Below, piece by piece: positions 13,101 through 25,609 of a stretch of DNA of 64,000 bases. Every line of letters begins with the position of its first letter. Positions within the stretch are counted from its first letter, which is position 1. The notes under the pieces are model-generated. The model was not told where the DNA came from. It saw only the letters and a program-made list of their open reading frames with translations, and ran no database searches. This stretch comes from Chiloscyllium plagiosum (taxonomy: Eukaryota), in NCBI RefSeq assembly GCF_004010195.1, contig NC_057719.1, positions 82,878,474 to 82,942,473 of the forward strand. The letters are read 5' to 3'. A program made the translations under genes and the position numbers.

Positions 13101-14197
13101 GGCTATTGCACAAAATATAATGGCATGGAATTGACGGTGATTTAGAGGTTTGGATCAGAAATTGGTTAGCTGAAAGAAGACAGAGGGTGGTGGTTGATGG
13201 GAAATATTCATCCTGGAATTCAGTTAGTAATGGGGTACCGCAAGGATCTGTTTTAGGTCCACTGTTGTGTGGCATTTTTATAAGTGACCTAGATGAAGGC
13301 ATAGAAGGATGGGTTATTAAATTTGTGGATGACATTAAGGTCAGTACAGTTGTGGATAGTGCTGAAGGATGTTGTAGGTTATAGAGAGACATAGGTAAGC
13401 TGCGAGGTCGCACATGGAGTTTAAATTGGAAAAGTGTGAGATGATTCACTTTGGAAGGAATAACAGGAATGCACAGTACTGGGTGAATGGTAAGATTCTT
13501 GGTAGTATAGACGAGCAGAGAGATCTCGGTGTCCAGGTACACAGATCCTTAAAAGTTGCAACCCAGGTTGATAGGGTTGTTAAGAAGGCATATGGTGTGT
13601 TAGCTTTTCTTGGTAGAGGGATTGAGTTTCGGAACCATGAGATCATGCTGCAGCTGTACAAAACTCTGGTGCAGCCACATTTGGAATATTGCATATAGTT
13701 CTGGTCACCGCATTATAGAAGGGATGTGGAAGCTTTGGAAAAGATTCAGAGGAGACTTACTAGGATGTTGCCTGGTAAGGAGGGAAGGTCTTACAAGGAA
13801 AGGCTAAGGGACTTGAGGCTGTTTTTGTTAGAGAGAAGAAGGTTGAGATTGAATTAATTGAGACATATAAGATCTCAGAGGATTACATAAGTTGGACAAT
13901 GAGAGCCTTTTTCCTTGGATGGCAATGGCTAGCACAAAGGGACAGAGCTTTAAATTGAGGGGTGATAGATATAGGACAGATGTCAGAGGTAGTTTCTTTA
14001 CTCAGAGAGTAGTCAGGGCGCGGAACACACTGCCTGCAACAGTAGTGGACTCACCAACTTTAAGAGCATTTAAATGGTCATTGGATAGGCATGTGGACGA
14101 GAATGGAATATTGTAGGTTAGATAGGCTTCAGATTGGTTCCACAGATCGGCACAACATCGAAGGATGAAGGGCCTGTACTGCGCTGTAATGTTCTAT
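10179..14197 (+). mobile_element. Near full-length degraded CR1 LINE (HER1-like)
   Basis: ORF1 esterase-like remnants (GTNDIG, ISGLLPVPRA, W.RREGF.FLDNW), ORF2 APE (CVYFNARNIRNKVDE, ISETW, GDSDHN), RT (QHGFVKGRSCLTNL, GVPQGSVLGPLL, FVDD) and a 3' tail ending gcgctgtaatgttcta. Confidence 0.92.
10462..10902 (+). mobile_element. Probable solo LTR nested in CR1 ORF1
   Basis: Non-CR1 sequence bounded by TG (10462 or 10468) and AAAACA, with AATAAA near 10806 and many intact CpGs. No TSD found. Confidence 0.55.
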
Positions 14198-16093
14198 TTC
14201 TTAGCAGCATTAGAATCAACACTGAAACACAACAAACTCACAGAGGAAACCCAGCAAACCGTCAAATAGACAGGTGTATAACATTAAGCAGGAAAAAGGA
14301 AGGAAACACACTCAATACACAAGCAACGAAAGCACTGGAAAGACTCAAAAACACAAAAAACATTGTAATCGAACCTACAGACAAAAGACGCTTGATAGTT
14401 GTTTTAAGCAAAACTGACTATGAGAAAGTGAATGCATTTACCAACAGGTGGCGATAGACCCAACCCCCCAGCTCGAGAACCGAATCACAGCCTTACTCAA
14501 AAAACATAAGAAATCAGGAGAATTAAACAAGACAGACTTCCAAAAAATGAAATCAGACAGATCCAATACACCACGCTTCTACAGACTACACAAAATTCAC
14601 AAACCAGGAGCCCCCTCCCCCACCCATAGTCTCACTACCTGGAACAATGTATGGATTCTCCAAGGAACTACACAAAAGACTAAAACACTTGGTAGAGGAC
14701 TCACACCACTGCATTCAGTCTACCCAAGAATTCCTGAATGCCAAAGTCACCAAGATAGAAAAGGATGAAATAATGGTCTCCTTTGACGTAATGGCCCTGT
14801 CCACATCCATCAACATCAACCTAGCCAAAGAAACACTGACTACACTATTAGAAGAACCAAAGACACAAACATCAGATACTGTCAACTTCATCAACAAAGA
14901 CACCATTGTCAAGCTAGCAGACCTACGCCTCACCACCCACTTCACTTTCAATAACAAGACCTACAAGCAAATCAACGGAACAGTCATGGGATCACCAGTA
15001 TCAGGGTTCCTAGCTAAAGCAATAATGCATAGACTCATCAAACAGCTCTCCCAACATCCAACCCAAACTTTGGGTCTGCTACGTGGATGTGACACCTTTG
15101 TCATCCAAAAACAAAATAAATTAGAAGCAGCCTTCAAGACTATCAATAATAGCATTACTGGCATAAAATTCACAAAAGATGAGGAAAATAACAACAGACT
15201 GCCAATCCTTGATATAACAGTAGAGCGAAATGTCAATTGGGAACTTCAAACCAGCGTTGACAGGAAAACACCACATATGGACCAAATACTGAACTCCAGA
15301 AGCAATCATCCCAACCCCTACAAATGAAGCTGCATTAGGATTATTATTTCAAAAAGCTACCACACACTGCAGCACCGAGGAACTATGAAGAGCAAAAGAA
15401 AATCACCTGTGCAGCCTATTCAAGAAGAATGGACGCCCAATAAACAAAGTCCACCGATTTCTCAGCAACAAACCCAAACAAGAAGATAAAACGTGCCCAG
15501 AACCCTAGCCACTCTCCCCTACATCAAAGGCATCTCTGAAATGACTGCCACATTACTCAGACCTCTTGGCATCATGGCAGCCCACAAACCAACTAACACA
15601 CTTAAAACAGCAGTTAATGAACTTAAAAGACCCTATACAGACAACAAGCAAAATGAACGTCATTTTTACAAAATACCTTGCAAGGACTGTCGTCAAAACT
15701 ACATTGGACAAACAGGCAGAAAACTAGCCACCAGGATACATGAACATCAACTAGCCACACAAAAAAAAATGACCCTACCTCACTATCCTTACATACAGAT
15801 GAGAAAGGACACTACTTTGACTGGGACAACACATCCATCTGAGGACAAGCCAAACAGAGATACGCACGAGAGTTCCTAGAAACGTGGCATTCTGACCTGA
15901 ACTCCATCAACAAACACGTTGAAATGGACCCCATCTACCATCCTCTGAGAAAAAGAACTGGAAATCACATCAACAACCCAAATAAACCTCAACATATAAA
16001 TAGAAAATGGGACATAACACCAGCGCTTCACCAGAAGCTCACTGATGGATGTTACTTAGCATGGTGACAAAATGTCTGAAACCAAACCTTCCA
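14198..16093 (+). mobile_element. Penelope-like retroelement (RT + GIY-YIG), right arm of fold-back (begins at 10135-10178 before the CR1)
   Basis: MVSFDVMALSTSI, QINGTVMGSPVSGF and GIY-YIG YKIPCKDCRQNYIGQTGRKLATRIHEH; reverse complement of the left arm. Confidence 0.92.
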
Positions 16094-16819
16094 TGAATCC
16101 GTGTAAGATTCTGTAAATCCCTTTTGCAGAAATAGATTCAGTCTGAACCTAGGGGCACAGACAGCCTCACACCTTCAGGGCAGGGCACCTGTTGTTAAAC
16201 ATTCCCGATGACTGCCCGAAACGTCGATCCCTCCCGGATGCTGCCTGACCTGCTGTGCTTTTCCACACTCCTGACCTATTGGTAAAATTCACCCGAGAAC
16301 GTAACTTGTTTTTTTTTTAAAAAGTTCTGGGATTTGCATATGAAAGAACTGAACCCAACGTGGTCATTCTAAGAGATGAGAGCCTCACACCTTCAGGGCA
16401 GGGCACCTGTTGTTAAACATTCCCGATGACTGCCCGAAACGTCGATCCCTCCCGGATGCTGCCTGACCTGCTGTGCTTTTCCACACTCCTGACCTATTGG
16501 TAAAGTTCACCCGAGAACGTAACTTGTTTTTTTTTAAAAAGTTCTGGGATTTGCATATGGAAGAACTGAACCCAACGTGGTCATTCTAAGAGATGAGAGA
16601 CTTAACAAACAATCCAGGTCTTTTTCAACGTATAATTTCAGTTAAATCACACTGTAAATTTTTCGCTGTAAATTCTGTGCCTCATGATCTTATTCCTCCA
16701 CAACCACCTGATGAGGGAGCAGCGAGAGTGCTTCCCAATTAAACCTGTTGGACTGTAACCTGGTGTTGTGTGATTTGTAACGTGGTCCACCCCAGTCCGA
16801 CACCGGCTCCTCCAAATCC
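16094..16819 (+). mobile_element. 3' fragment of a second PLE family with an internal tandem duplication
   Basis: Ends with cctgatga..aaacctgttggactgtaacctggtgttgtgtgattt..ccagtccgacaccggc, the same family as 40219, 49128 and 57900. Confidence 0.7.
16163..16597. repeat. Tandem duplication, ~218-bp unit x2
   Basis: 16163-16380 and 16381-16597 are nearly identical. Confidence 0.95.
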
Positions 16820-16869
16820 GTTAAAACCTGTTGGATGACAGCCCGTTGTTGTGTGATTTTTTTTCTCCC

Positions 16870-17260
16870 CCCTTCTGACCAGCCCGGGACCAACGGCGAC
16901 TCTGACGCGGCACTTAACGGCCAGCCCGGCGGCGGTTACAGGAAGTGGGTGCCGCGGCTCTGTGGGTCCGGCTCCCCTTGTTTCCGGGGATAGGTGGCGC
17001 GGATAGATTAGTGTGCCGGTGAATTCCGTCCCCCCCACCACCACCCCCGGTGATGGCTGCTGTGCGCGCGCTGCGGCGACCGTTACTGGCGCTGGGCGGG
17101 CGGCGGGTCGCGCCCCGAGCAGCCCGCCCCGCTTACAGGCTCATGAGCAGCCTGCACTCCGCCGATGATGTGGTTAACGGGCTGACCGAGGAGCAGAAAC
17201 AGGTAACCGAGCGCTAACTGGCCAGTGCTAAACTCAGGCCTGTAGCCAGGAGGCGAACCT
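16870..17260 (+). promoter_or_regulatory. CpG-island promoter / 5' region of IVD with an ETS-like motif
   Basis: The main GC/CpG-rich island in the window, covering exon 1. ACAGGAAGTG (ETS/GABP-like) at 16938-16947; no obvious TATA box. Confidence 0.75.
17053..17202 (+). CDS. IVD: Isovaleryl-CoA dehydrogenase exon 1 (mitochondrial transit peptide + start of mature protein)
   Basis: ATG in strong context (gtgATGG). Reads MAAVRALRRPLLALGGRRVAPRAARPAYRLMSSLHSADDVVNGLTEEQKQ: an Arg/Ala/Leu-rich presequence, then the IVD-like DD..NGL.EEQ.Q motif. Donor CAG|GTAACC; 150 nt, phase 0. Confidence 0.93.
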
Positions 17261-17389
17261 GCCTCTGGTTAGCAACCGGGTTACCATCGGGTTCTGAGGA
17301 AGGGCCACCCGACCCGAAACCTTAACTGTGATTCCTCTTCGCAGATGCTGCCAGAGCCTGCTGAGCAACTTCTGCTTTCTGTTGCTGTT

Positions 17390-17780
17390 AAACTGGCTGC
17401 TGGTTAACGTCTGATAACCAGGGGCAGATTATCTCCTGGTTACCTGTCTCGAGATATCTCCGGGTAATGTGTCTTTGGTTATTAACAACCAAATAAATAA
17501 CTCTGGTTATCTTCTGCTGCAGGTTAGCAGCCTGTTAAACTGGTTAACTTCTGAAAACCAGGGATAGATTATCTCCTGGTCACCTCTAGATAGCTCCTGA
17601 TTATGCGTCTTTGGTTATTAACAACCAAATAAATAACTCAGATTATCTTATGTTGCAGGTTAGCAACCTGTTAAACTGGTTAACTTATGATAACCAGAGA
17701 TAGATTATCTCCTGGTTACCTGTCTCTAGACAGCTCCTGGTTATTTGTGGTTGATTGATAACCAGGTATATAACTCTGGT
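17390..17780. repeat. Tandem array, ~136-140-bp unit, ~2.7 copies
   Basis: tggttaac...agattatctcctggt starts at 17401, 17541 and 17677. Confidence 0.85.
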
Positions 17781-18094
17781 GACAGGTAATGAGGAGATAG
17801 CCAGAGTTATATAGCTGACTGCTGGAAAAGCCCAGCAGGGTCTGGCAGCATCTGTGAAGAGAAATCAGAGTTAGCATTTCGGGTCCGGTGACCCTTCCTC
17901 AAAACTGATGGTCACAAGTTGCTGACCAGCAACCGGTAACTAGGAGATTGCCAGAGTCATACATATAGTTCCCAAAAGAGAAAATGCTGGAAAATCTCAG
18001 CAGGTCTGGCAGCATCTGTAAGGAGAGAAAAGAGCTGACGTTTCAAGTCTAACTGACCCTTTATCAAAGCTCATATATCGAGTTGTTAACCTAA

Positions 18095-19855
18095 GGGACG
18101 GCTGGAAAATGGGAAGCCTTCACATGTGAGATAACAAGCGTCCAGAGATAGTATATTCCTGTTAGGGTGAAAAGAATGGCTAGTAGGTGTAGGGAATGCT
18201 GGATGACTAGAGAAATTGAGATTTTGGCTAAGAAAAAGAAGGAAGCATATGTCAGATATAGACAGGATGGATGGAGTGAATCCTTTAAAAGAGTATAAAG
18301 GCAGCAGGAGTATACTTAAGAGGGAAATCAGGAGGGCAAAAGGGGGACATGAGATAGCTTTGGCATTTAGGGTGAAGGAGAATCCAAAGGGATTTTATAA
18401 ATACATTAAGGACAAAAGGGTAGCTCGGGGGCGAATAGGGCCCCTCAAAGATAAGCAAGGCAGCCTATGTATGGAGCGGCAAGAGATGGGGGAGATACTA
18501 AACAAGTATTTTGCATCAGTTTTACTGTGGAGAAGGATATGGAAGATATAGAATGTAGGGAAATAGATGGTGACATATTGAAAAATGTCCACATTACAGA
18601 GGAGGAAGTGTTGGATGTCTTGGAATGCATAAAATTGGATAACTCCTCAGGATCTGATCAGGTGTACCCTAGAACTCTGTGGGAAGCTAGGGAAGTGATT
18701 GCTGGGCCTCTTGCTGAGATATTTGTATCATTGATAGCCACAGGTGAGGTGCCAGAGGTTGGCTAATGTGGTGCCACCAAAAGAAAGGTGGTGAGGAAAA
18801 GCCAGGGAACCATAGACCGGTGGGCCTGACATCAGTGATGGGCAACTTGTTGGAGGGAATCCTGAGGGACAAGATTTACATGTATTTGGAAAGGCAAGGA
18901 CTGATTAGGACTAGTCAGCATGGATTTGTGCGTGGGAACTTGATTGAGTTTTTTGAAGAAGTAACAAAGAGGATTGATGAGGGCAGAGCGGTAGATGTGA
19001 TCTATATGGACTTCAGTAAGGCGTGGGAGACTGGTTAGCAAGGTTAAACCTCATTGAATACAGGGAGAACTAGCCATTTGGATACAGACCTGGCTCAATG
19101 GTGGAAGACCGAGGGTTGTGGTGGACGGTTGCTTTTCGGTCTGGTGGCCTGTGACCGTCGGTGTGCCATAAGGATTGGTGCTGGGTCCACTGCTTTTTGT
19201 GAACATAGGAGGTACAGTTAGTAAGTTTGCAGATGACACCAAAATTAGAGATGTAGTGGATGTGAAAAAGGATGCCTCAGAGTACAACAGAATCTGATCA
19301 GATGAGCCAATGGGCTGAGGAGTGTCAGGTGGAGTTTAATTTAGATAAATGTGAGATGCAGCATTTTGGAAAAACAAATCAGAGCAGGACTTATACACTT
19401 AAAGGTCCTGGAGAGTGTTGCTGAACAAAGAGACCTTGGAGTGCAGGTTCATAGTTCCTTGAAAGTAGAGTTGCAGGTAGATAGGATAGTGAAGAAGGTG
19501 TTTGGTATGCTTTTCTTTATTGGTCAGAGCGTTGAGTACAGGAGTTGGGAGGTCATGTTGCGGCTGTACAGGACATTGATTAGACCACTTTTGCAATATT
19601 GCATGCAATTCCAATCTCCTTCCTATCAGAAGGATGTTGTGAAACCTGAAAGGGTTTTGAAAAGATTTACAAGGACATTTCTAGGGTTGGAGGATTTGAG
19701 CTATAGGGAGAGGCTGAATAGTTTGGGGCTGTTTTCCCTGGAGCGTTGGAGGCTGAGGGGTGACCTTATATAAGTTTATAAAATCATAAGGCATGGATAG
19801 GATAAATAGACAAGGTCTTTTCCCTGGGGTGGGGGGAGTCCAAAACTAGAGGATA
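18095..19855 (+). mobile_element. 5'-truncated CR1 LINE
   Basis: KENPKGFYKYIK, QHGFVRG, VDVIYMDFSKA, FADDTK, LYRTLIRPLL.YC remnants. Confidence 0.9.
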
Positions 19856-19859
19856 GGTT

Positions 19860-20300
19860 CCTGTAGTTTGTACACACTGCAGCTACTGTGTGTGAATGGC
19901 AAAGGGAGTGAATGTTGAATGTAGAGAATAAAGTAGTCCAGCAGCTTGCTTTCTGCGGGACGGTAACACGTTTTTTGAGTCTTGTTGGAGCTGCACACAT
20001 CCAGACAAGTGAGGATTGTCCTCTCACGTTCCTGACTTGTACGTTATAAATAGTGGACAAGATTTGGGGAGTCAGGAGGTGAGTTGTTGTGTCTAGATTT
20101 CCCAGCCTGTGACCTGCTCTTCAAGCCTTATGTGGCTAGTCCCGTTCAGTTTCTTGCCAATGGTCGCCTCAAGGATGTTGATAGTGGGGCATTCAGTGAT
20201 GGTAATGCCATTGAATGTCAAGTGATAGTGATTTGATTCTTTCTTGTTAGAGCTGACCATTGCCTGGCATTTGTGTGACACGAATGCGGCACAAGCTGCA
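19860..20300 (-). mobile_element. Fragment of a distinct CR1-group LINE family
   Basis: Minus strand ..VWMCAAPTRLKK..HSLCH..TVAAVCT and KCQAM..NKKESNH..LTFNGITITE.PTINIL. Related pieces occur near 22930 and 24720-25100. Confidence 0.65.
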
Positions 20301-21616
20301 AACATGATGTGCATAAATTGAAAGAAGTGCATGCAATTTATTGCTACACCTGGAAAGCCCTTGACTATGCCTGTTTATAATCAAATAGATTGCTACTTAT
20401 TTTTGTATGTGACAAATAAATGGGTGACAAGGAAGTATTTCCAGACTCCCAAATGGGTGCGCCATCAGGTATTACAGGAAAAAGGTAACTGGAGCTAGGT
20501 AATGCTTGAGGCAGCAGTGTATGATATTCAAGGTGTATTTAAAAGACGTGGTTGACAATTAGGTGTCACTTACTCAGATAAGGCACGTGAGCCTCTGCAG
20601 AATGCACCGACAATGAGTTTGCAAAATCAAGCAAGTGGGATGTCTGCAGAACGGATGGCAATGATATGAAGTGTTAACGTTCCAGTTTTAATCACATGTT
20701 TATTACATTGATTTTGCTTCCAGGCGATTGAAAACTACGACAAGGTTAAACAAATTATTTGAAACCAATACAATCATTTGTGGTCTGAATGTCATTTTTG
20801 TGAAGCTGTTGGTGAACAGAGTGTGAATTTTGACTGAAGTTCATATGTGTTCATAAAAATGTCAGAGCATTCCGGAGCCAAAGATTTTACTACTTTGTTT
20901 GCAAGGGTAGTGGGTGTTCTCATGTTCCCATTTTGTCATTGGCTGGCTGTGCTGAGCAGGCAGTTGGACTTCCTTGAATGTCAGAATGCCCTCTATACTT
21001 GTGTAACAGAGTGGAGGGGGGGAAGCTCATAGCTTTGAGATCTTGCTTTTACATTGCAATTATCTTGTTCAATTAATTTAAATTTGAATTAGCTTTATTG
21101 TCTCACATACTCAAATGAGTATGGTGAAAAGTTCATAAGTCGCCACTTACAGCACTATATGTTGTAGGTTTAAAAACCTGGACATGTTTGTTTAAAGAGC
21201 CACAATATAAAACTAAAATACACTATATGAGGCCTGTGCTTCATGATTTTAAACATTTTTCTCATGCAGTCGGCTCCTGTAAAAATTCCACTACTGCCCC
21301 TCTTCTTCTGTCGCTCCTTCACGCTGCTTCTTTGAAGTTAGAGCTAGCCTGTTTGGAACTGCGTAATAATGGCCTTCAGTGATTTGTTGCCACTACCCTT
21401 AATGTTCCCCATACTCCTTGTGGAGATGGAATCAACCACCACTTGGTGGCAGCACAGCTCAGACTGGATACACAGTGGAGCCAGTTTAGGAATTGTTCAT
21501 GAGTACTCCCATCCTTTCGACACGTATACCTCTGCCATGTCCTGTCTCAGAATTTCCTTTTAAAACTGGAGAGGGGCTAGCATACTATGATTTGAGGAGA
21601 GTTGCAGGATCAGTAA

Positions 21617-22720
21617 TCATCATCGGTAGTCCCTGGCAATAGAGGACGACTCTCTTCCACTCTTGGTCATAGATCATAGAATCATACAATCCCTACAGTG
21701 TGGAAACAGGCCTTTTGGCCCAATAAGTTCACACTGGCCCTCCAAAGAGTAACCCACCCAGACCCATTCCCCTACTCTACATTTACCCTTGACTAATGTG
21801 CCTCACCTACACATCCCTGAATACTATGGGCAATTTAATGTGGCCAATTCACCTAGCTTGCACATCTTTGGACTGTGGGAGGAACCCGGAGCACCTGGAG
21901 GAATTCCACGCAGACACAGGGAGAATGTGCAAACTCCACACAGACAGTCGCCCAAGGCTGGAATCAAACCTGGGTCCCTGGCACTGTGAGGCAGCAGTGC
22001 TAACCACTGAGCCACCATGCCACCTGGGAGTCTGTAGGTGGCTGTACGGACTGATGCAGCTCCCGCAGGCTCTTTGCACTTGGGACAGAAGAGGTCACAG
22101 GGAAGGGTGGATGGGCTGTTGGTGTGGCAGCGTGCTCCTTATGCTGTTTTTGCCTTCCACTTTTCCCCATCAGCAAGTCTCGAGGTGCTCGATGGCTCCC
22201 TGGATGCTGCTTCTTCACTTTGGGTGGTCTTGGGCCAGTGATTCCCAGGTGTGTGGGAATTGGGAATGTCGCACTTTTCCAGTGAGGCCTTGAGGGTATT
22301 CCCTGAAGTATTTCTTCTGCCATCTGGGGCTTGCCTGCTGTTTCAGAGTTGGGAGTAGAACACTTGCATGGGGAGTCTTGTGGTGGTCATGTGGACGACG
22401 TGCCCAGCCTATTGCAGTTGAAAAGGGTAGTCAGTACTTCAATGCTGAAGGTGTTGGCCTAGTCGAGGATGCTAGTGTTAGTGTGTCTTTCTTCCAGCAG
22501 ATTTGCAGGATCTTGTGCATGCAGTGTTGGCGGGAGTGGTTCAGAGCCATGACGTGTCTGCTGTAGACAGTCCACATCTCAGAGCCATAGAGGAGGGTGG
22601 GAAAGTTCTGTAGAGCATGAGCTTGGTGTCAGAATGATTTTGTTGTCCTCAAACCCTTTTTCTTAGGTGGCTGGAGGCTGCGCTAGCACACTGGAGACAG
22701 TGCTGGATCTCTTTATCAAT
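21617..22720 (-). mobile_element. RTE-clade LINE 3' fragment (interrupted by SINE)
   Basis: Minus-strand TWESLAQD.PK.R.SI C-terminal motif and an RTE-type 3' end gagtggaag..gtcctc..gggactacc(gat)n. Confidence 0.7.
21667..22021 (-). mobile_element. HE1-like V-SINE, full length
   Basis: tRNA head, V-domain and tail, inserted in the RTE 3' end. Confidence 0.9.
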
Positions 22721-23374
22721 AACTGCTTTGGTTAACACAACAGTCTTGCAGCATTGGGAGTAACCAACGTGTCTCAGGCTTCCACTTTGGTTGCATCACA
22801 CAGTTTGTCACCATCCTTTGCCTGCTGCACATCAACATGGCAGGACCAGTAATACAAGTGAGTTGGTTGATTAAGAGAGTGAACTGACTCAGCAATGAGA
22901 AGCTGTGGCAGTGAGTGGTTTGCTTTGCACTCAGGAGTCTGTAACCTTGAATGGTGTTGAGTTTCTTGAGTGTCAGAGCTGCGCTCATGTAGTCAATTGA
23001 GGGAGTATTCTATCACATGCCTGACTGAAGTTAAAGGTTGAGGATAAACTTGCAAATAATATCAAGACAGACAGGATTAGCCTATTTTAAGTATATCACA
23101 AGAAAGAGAAAAGCCAAAGAGAACAAGCGAGGGAAATAATAATGGGGAGCCAGGAAAAGTTAAAGTTACAGTGATCATCATAAAAGATGCCTTTTAAATG
23201 TTGCAATTGTACTAGCCTCCACCACTGCCTCTGGCAGCCCATTCCACACACTCACCACCCTCTACATGAAAAAGTTGCCCCTTAGGTCTCTTTTATGTCT
23301 TTCCCTTCTCACCCTAAACCTATGCCCTGTAGTTCTGGACTCCCCCAACCAGGGAAAAGATCTTGCCTATTTAG

Positions 23375-24680
23375 CTGAATAAAAGTAACTACAGAGGCAT
23401 GAGGGAGGAGCTGGATAGAATTGACTGGGAGAGGAGCATAGCAGGAAAGACCGTGCAACAGCAATGGCAGGAGTTTCTGGGAGTACTCCAGGAGACACAG
23501 CAGAGATTCATGGCTGAGGAACTGAACGATTACTTTGCATCATTCTTCATGGTGGAAGATACGAGTAATATCCCAAAAATTCAAGAGAGTGAGGGGGGCA
23601 GAGCTGAGTATGGTGGCCATCACCAAGGAGAAGTTGCTATAAAAACTGAATGATGCAAAGGTGGATACATCACCTGGACCAGATGGACTACGCTCTACGG
23701 TTTTAAGGGAGATAGCTGAATAGGTAGTGAAGGCATTAGTGGTGATCTTTCAGGAATTGCTTGAGTCAGGGAGGGTCTCAGAGGACTGGAAAATTGCTAA
23801 CGTGACACCCCTGTTTAAAAAGGGAAGAAGGCAAAAGACGGAAAATTACAGACCGATTAACCTAACCTCAGTTGTGGGTAAGATCCTGGAATCCATTGTG
23901 AAGGATGAGATTTCTATACTTGCAAGTGTATGGTAAAATAGGGCAAACTCAGCATGATTTCATCAAGGGGAAGTTATGCCTGACAAATCTGCTAGAATTC
24001 TTTGAGGAAGTGACTAGCAGATTGGACCAAGGAGCGCTAATGGATGTTATCTACCTGGACCTCAAGAAGACCTTTGACAAGGTTCAGCACCGGATAAAGG
24101 CACAAGGTGTTAGATGCAAGGTGCTAGGATGGATAGAAGCTTGGCTATCTGGCAAAAAGCAGAGAGTGGGGATAAAATGGTCTTTTTCAGGATGGCAGCT
24201 GGTGACGTAATGTGTAAAATGTCTCAGTTTTGGGACTACGCCTTTTTACAATATACAGTAACAATCTAGATGAAGGAACTAAGGGCATTCTGGCTAAGTT
24301 TGCAGGTGACACAAAGATAGTTAGAGGGACAGGTAGTGTTGAGGAGGCAGGAAGGCTGCAGAAGAATTTGGACAGGTTAGGACAGTGGGCAAAGAAGTGG
24401 CAGATGGAATACACATGGGAAAGTGTGAGGTCATGCACTTTGGCAGGAAAAATAGTGACATTGACTATTTTCTAAATGGGGAGAAAATTCAGAAAGTGCA
24501 GAGAGACTTGGGAATTCTAGTTCAAGATTCTCTCAAGGTAAACTTGCAGGTTGAGTCAGTAGTTAGGAAGGCAAATGCAATGATGGCATTTATTTTGAGA
24601 GGATTTGAGTATAAAATCAGGGATGTGCTTCTAAGGCTCTCTTATGTTCTAGTCAGACACATTTGGAGTATCGTGCACAG
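23375..24680 (+). mobile_element. CR1 fragment with internal deletions
   Basis: EDWKIANVTPLFKKG..NYRPINLTSVVGKILE, QHDFIKGKLCLTNLLEFFEEVT. Confidence 0.88.
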
Positions 24681-25119
24681 TTTAATTTTTCATATTGTTG
24701 GGTAGATGCTAGCCTGGTAACTGTACTAGAATCACTTGACTGGGGCTCAGCTAGTTTTGGTTCATGTGTTCAGTACAACAGTTGGTTTTGTTAGGTTTCG
24801 TAGTCTTTGCTATGCCCAGTGCCTTCAACCGTTTCACATTATCATATGGAGCAAATTGAACTGGCTGAAGACTGGCATCTGGAGACCTCAGGAGGAAGCT
24901 GAGTTAGGTCTTCCACTTGTCACTTCTGTCTGAAAATGTTTGCAAACCCTTCAACATTGTCATTGCACTGATGTGCTGGCCTCTCCCATAATTGAAGATG
25001 TTTGTGGCATCCCCTCTGGTTACTTCCTTAGTTGTCCACCGTCAATCATGACTGGATGTGGAAAGAGTGCAGAGCTTTGATTTGATTTGTTAACTGTGGA
25101 TCATTTACTGGATCAAATG

Positions 25120-25285
25120 GTGTCAGTTAGCTCATTTGGCAGGACAGCTGGTTTGTGATGCCAATAGCATGGGTTCAATTCCACCTTTTCAGTCTGGCCT
25201 GTGGTCTGGTCACCCTCAGGTTAAACCCATTATCCATTATCCCTCTCTAATGATATAGCAGCTGATGGTCAACCAGGACTATGAT
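25120..25285 (+). mobile_element. Old tRNA-derived SINE (third family)
   Basis: tagctcatttgg A-box-like and gggttcaattcc B-box; a related piece occurs near 50300-50450. Confidence 0.5.
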
Positions 25286-25609
25286 GAAGTTACCGTTTTA
25301 CTTTTGCTATCACATACTGGTTTAACAAGCATATAGAACTTTGTTGTAGCATCTTTGTATGTGCACCTCATTCTGGGTATACTTGGTGCTGTTCCTGACA
25401 TGCTTGTCTGCACGCCACTTATAACATATAACCACACTTGGACTCCTGGCTTGATGATTCCGTGGCAGATCACAAAGATACATATTATGTTTGAATACAA
25501 TTCTGCTGTTGTTAGTGACCAACACCACCACCTGAGTGTCCCTTTTTGAGCTTCTAGACCTGTCCTGAATCGATTCCATTCATAGAATGGTAGTACTACA
25601 CAATGAGAG

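Noticed and set aside
10179..16093. Autonomous, active CR1 or Penelope copy
   Set aside because: All ORFs contain multiple stops and frameshifts; none is intact in this window.
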